Source: Candidatus Niyogibacteria bacterium (GTDB taxonomy: Bacteria; Patescibacteriota; Minisyncoccia; HO2-45-28). From it: DNA of 38,947 nucleotides. A program made the translations under genes and the position numbers. Below are positions 36,574 through 38,947 of the stretch, piece by piece. The notes beneath the pieces were generated by a model. The model was not told the DNA's origin, did no database searches, and saw only the letters and a list, made by a program, of their open reading frames with translations. Location of the stretch: positions 347,762-386,708 of the forward strand of contig CP066691.1 of NCBI GenBank assembly GCA_016432485.1. The letters run 5' to 3'. Position 1 is the stretch's first letter. Each line of letters starts with the position of its first letter.

Positions 36574-38310
36574 CTACTTCATGCGAGCTGACCAAATTTC
36601 ACCTTCATATATATAGAGAACTCTGTCCCCGATATTGGTCAAAGCCATTTCCGTTGAAATCTGGCCGTCTTGAACGCGACTTACATTTCCGGTCGCGGGA
36701 ACAAACACATCCAGCTCGCCATCTCTGACTATCGCCGCGCAAACGCCTTTGGGCAAAATAGCGATGTTAATATCCGGGTCGTCGGTCTGTCCATGCCAAA
36801 CCCGGTAGCTTGCGTAAGTTTTGTCAAATGACAATTCAATTTTTTGATACTGTCCGTTTTTATCAACCGCTACGATGGATATAAATCTGGGCCCTGCTTT
36901 CGCCGATATTGGACATAGGCCGTCTAATTCCCGTACTCGTACTTGAGCGCAAGCGTTATCGCCGAAAGGAGCAATGATGAAACTTGCCCCCATCGCGTTT
37001 TGTATTCCCGCGCCGTCAAACCAGGTTATGGAATTTACCGTTGCTCCCCAGGTATTCCCGGCGGACATCACCGGCTTCAAGGCGCCTCTCACGACAAGTT
37101 CGCAGAGCCCGTCTTCTATCACGGCAAAAATCCTATTTTCATAACGGAGTATTTCTCGCACATTCAGATGAATTGAAAGTTCGGTTTCCTCAAAGTTAGC
37201 GGCGCTAATGAATGAGAATAACGGCTTAAATCCGTCATAATCGGCCTTAAGCCACCCTCTGCCTGCGTCAACTACTTCGCATTTCTTTGATTTTACCAGG
37301 CCAATCTCGCGCCTCGTATTAAGATCAATCAAACGACCAGATTCAAGCAGAACAACTCCGCAAGGAAAAACACGGATTGCTTTATCACTTTTATCGGAAA
37401 AAATTTTGTCGCAGATGAGCAAACCGCTGCCGGATATAACCGCGTGTTTGACTTGGACAGCTGGCGCCGTCATCAAACTCTTGTCGAAAGGCGAAGGAGG
37501 GATCGACCTTTGACCGTTTTGGAAAGTCGCCACATACCAGTCAAGGAGCTTTCCAGGAATCACGGAGAAATCGCGCACCGCGCGATTCAGACGCACGCCC
37601 GGAGAAAACACCGAAGCGTTGGCTTTCATCCGCCTCTCCAAATCACCCCGCTCAAAACCGTCAAGCGTACCTTTGTAAGGGTGTATGCCGGTATAAATCT
37701 GAAAGCTTACAACCCCCCAGGAAAACCAATCAGTCAGTTTGTTAAAATCCTTTGAATGCCAATCCCTGATGGAGGGCATAATCGCGCGCGCCGGCCATCT
37801 AGCAATCTGCCATGAATCAACATCAATAATTCTTGGTTCGGGGCCGCTATTCCGGGCAAGCACAGCTTTCCAATTTAACTCATTCGGGTCCACAAGAATC
37901 GCCCCAAAACTATGAGCAAAAGAAATCGTCTCCCTCATTCTGTCCGTTAAAATAGAGGCGTCTTTATCCGTAAAACCCTGACGCGCGCGAAAGTCATTGG
38001 TAAATAGACGCATAAAAGGTTCGCCTTCAACAAAATCCATATAGAATCCCGCCACCTTACCCCTTTCGTCAAAAACTAATCCTTTCGGCGCGACGATATA
38101 TTCATGCTTTATACCGGAAAGAAGTTTTATTTTCTCCGCCATATCATCGCGCGACATCTTTGTTGAATCCAAATACAGCTTCACGGCAGTACCATGCGCT
38201 CTGTAAATTGAGCCTTCGCCGCCAGTGGCAACATGATCGCCTGAAGGGTGAATCGTAAGTTCGCCCCGACCATCAAGTTTTACTTTGATGTTTTTCAGGA
38301 ATCTAGCCAT
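36574..38310 (-). CDS. Eukaryotic-like Ser/Thr protein kinase, YegI-like, with an unrecognised beta-rich C-terminal domain
   Basis: GGEGSIY, AVKLY, LVDPNELN, IIDVDSWQ, TDWFS and GIHPYKG kinase subdomains; no obvious TM. Confidence 0.88.
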   Translation of the reverse strand: MARFLKNIKVKLDGRGELTIHPSGDHVATGGEGSIYRAHGTAVKLYLDSTKMSRDDMAEKIKLLSGIKHEYIVAPKGLVFDERGKVAGFYMDFVEGEPFMRLFTNDFRARQGFTDKDASILTDRMRETISFAHSFGAILVDPNELNWKAVLARNSGPEPRIIDVDSWQIARWPARAIMPSIRDWHSKDFNKLTDWFSWGVVSFQIYTGIHPYKGTLDGFERGDLERRMKANASVFSPGVRLNRAVRDFSVIPGKLLDWYVATFQNGQRSIPPSPFDKSLMTAPAVQVKHAVISGSGLLICDKIFSDKSDKAIRVFPCGVVLLESGRLIDLNTRREIGLVKSKKCEVVDAGRGWLKADYDGFKPLFSFISAANFEETELSIHLNVREILRYENRIFAVIEDGLCELVVRGALKPVMSAGNTWGATVNSITWFDGAGIQNAMGASFIIAPFGDNACAQVRVRELDGLCPISAKAGPRFISIVAVDKNGQYQKIELSFDKTYASYRVWHGQTDDPDINIAILPKGVCAAIVRDGELDVFVPATGNVSRVQDGQISTEMALTNIGDRVLYIYEGEIWSARMK

Positions 38311-38947
38311 GTTTGCGCCTGCCGGTCGGAATTTTCTGCCCTGATAACGGCGTACGCAATGTCGTCTATCGGCCCCCGGCCTCTTTTTCTGGCATCTTTA
38401 ATGCCGCGAATCATGCGCCTCTTTGCGAACTCTCCCGCTAAATTTTTAAACGCCAGAAATTCAATAACAGCATTCTTCCAATCCATGCCGTCAATCTGCG
38501 CGATACCGTCAGAAAATAAAGCTGTAAGAGCGTTATTTTCCACATCCGAGGCATCCAAAAAAATCGTTATTCCGCGCATGCCCTCGCTCAACGTGAAATT
38601 TTTCACGCCGCCGAAAGTGAAATTGCCCTGATCCCAAATATAAATTTCTTCAGTCAATCGGATGGAATTCAGGTCTCCGCGGTGCGCGGCAACAAAACCG
38701 CCCAGGCCCCTTTCGGCATACGCGGGATAAAACGGAATATTATCGCTCCATTCAAACTTAGACATAAAGACACGCCCGGCGCGATTTTTAATCGCCAGAA
38801 CTCCGTCGCCCTGTAAATTTACATAGCCCCCGTTTGCGGCAAGGCAGGCGTGCAAACAAGTGGCAAGCATATCTTTTTCTTCCAGACCAAGCATACTGCG
38901 CGCGCCGGATATTACGGCTTTTTGCCACAGATTTACCTTTTCTACCG
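38295..38947 (-). CDS. PP2C-like (PphC/YegK-like) protein phosphatase, 5'-truncated
   Basis: LATCL...QGDG, LFSDGI and IDDIA motifs. The frame stays open from the track start (38894) to the window edge. Its stop overlaps the kinase start. Confidence 0.8.
   Translation of the reverse strand, partial: VEKVNLWQKAVISGARSMLGLEEKDMLATCLHACLAANGGYVNLQGDGVLAIKNRAGRVFMSKFEWSDNIPFYPAYAERGLGGFVAAHRGDLNSIRLTEEIYIWDQGNFTFGGVKNFTLSEGMRGITIFLDASDVENNALTALFSDGIAQIDGMDWKNAVIEFLAFKNLAGEFAKRRMIRGIKDARKRGRGPIDDIAYAVIRAENSDRQAQTWLDS

Overview
Bacterial chromosomal window that most likely comes from a Patescibacteria/CPR (Parcubacteria-like) genome. This is an inference from the compact RpoB/RpoC, the secG-oppA-like-tRNA-Leu-rnj run, lemA/htpX/TrmB content, few SD sites on core genes and short GC palindromic repeats. 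The core backbone is tRNA-Ser(GGA), htpX, lemA, groES-groEL with a perfect CIRCE, uvrA, a short uvrC, secG, a family-5 solute-binding protein, tRNA-Leu(CAG), RNase J, rpoBC and rodA. There are four accessory patches. (1) A tRNA-Ser-adjacent islet holds GIY-YIG, a putative PD-(D/E)xK protein, a TM protein and a CYTH protein. (2) Self-contained cassettes split lemA from htpX (TrmB regulator, RelA/SpoT-type HD hydrolase, second CYTH, membrane protein) and share a thrice-repeated promoter/operator-like element. (3) A hicB-hicA module sits among three successive versions of the uvrC 3' end. (4) At the right end, a PP2C-like phosphatase and a YegI-like Ser/Thr kinase precede a complete Preiss-Handler NAD(P) operon: nadD-nadK fusion, pncB, divergent prs and Gln-dependent nadE. 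Patch 4 is the best candidate for an undescribed system. No CRISPR array, rRNA, integrase or transposase was recognised.
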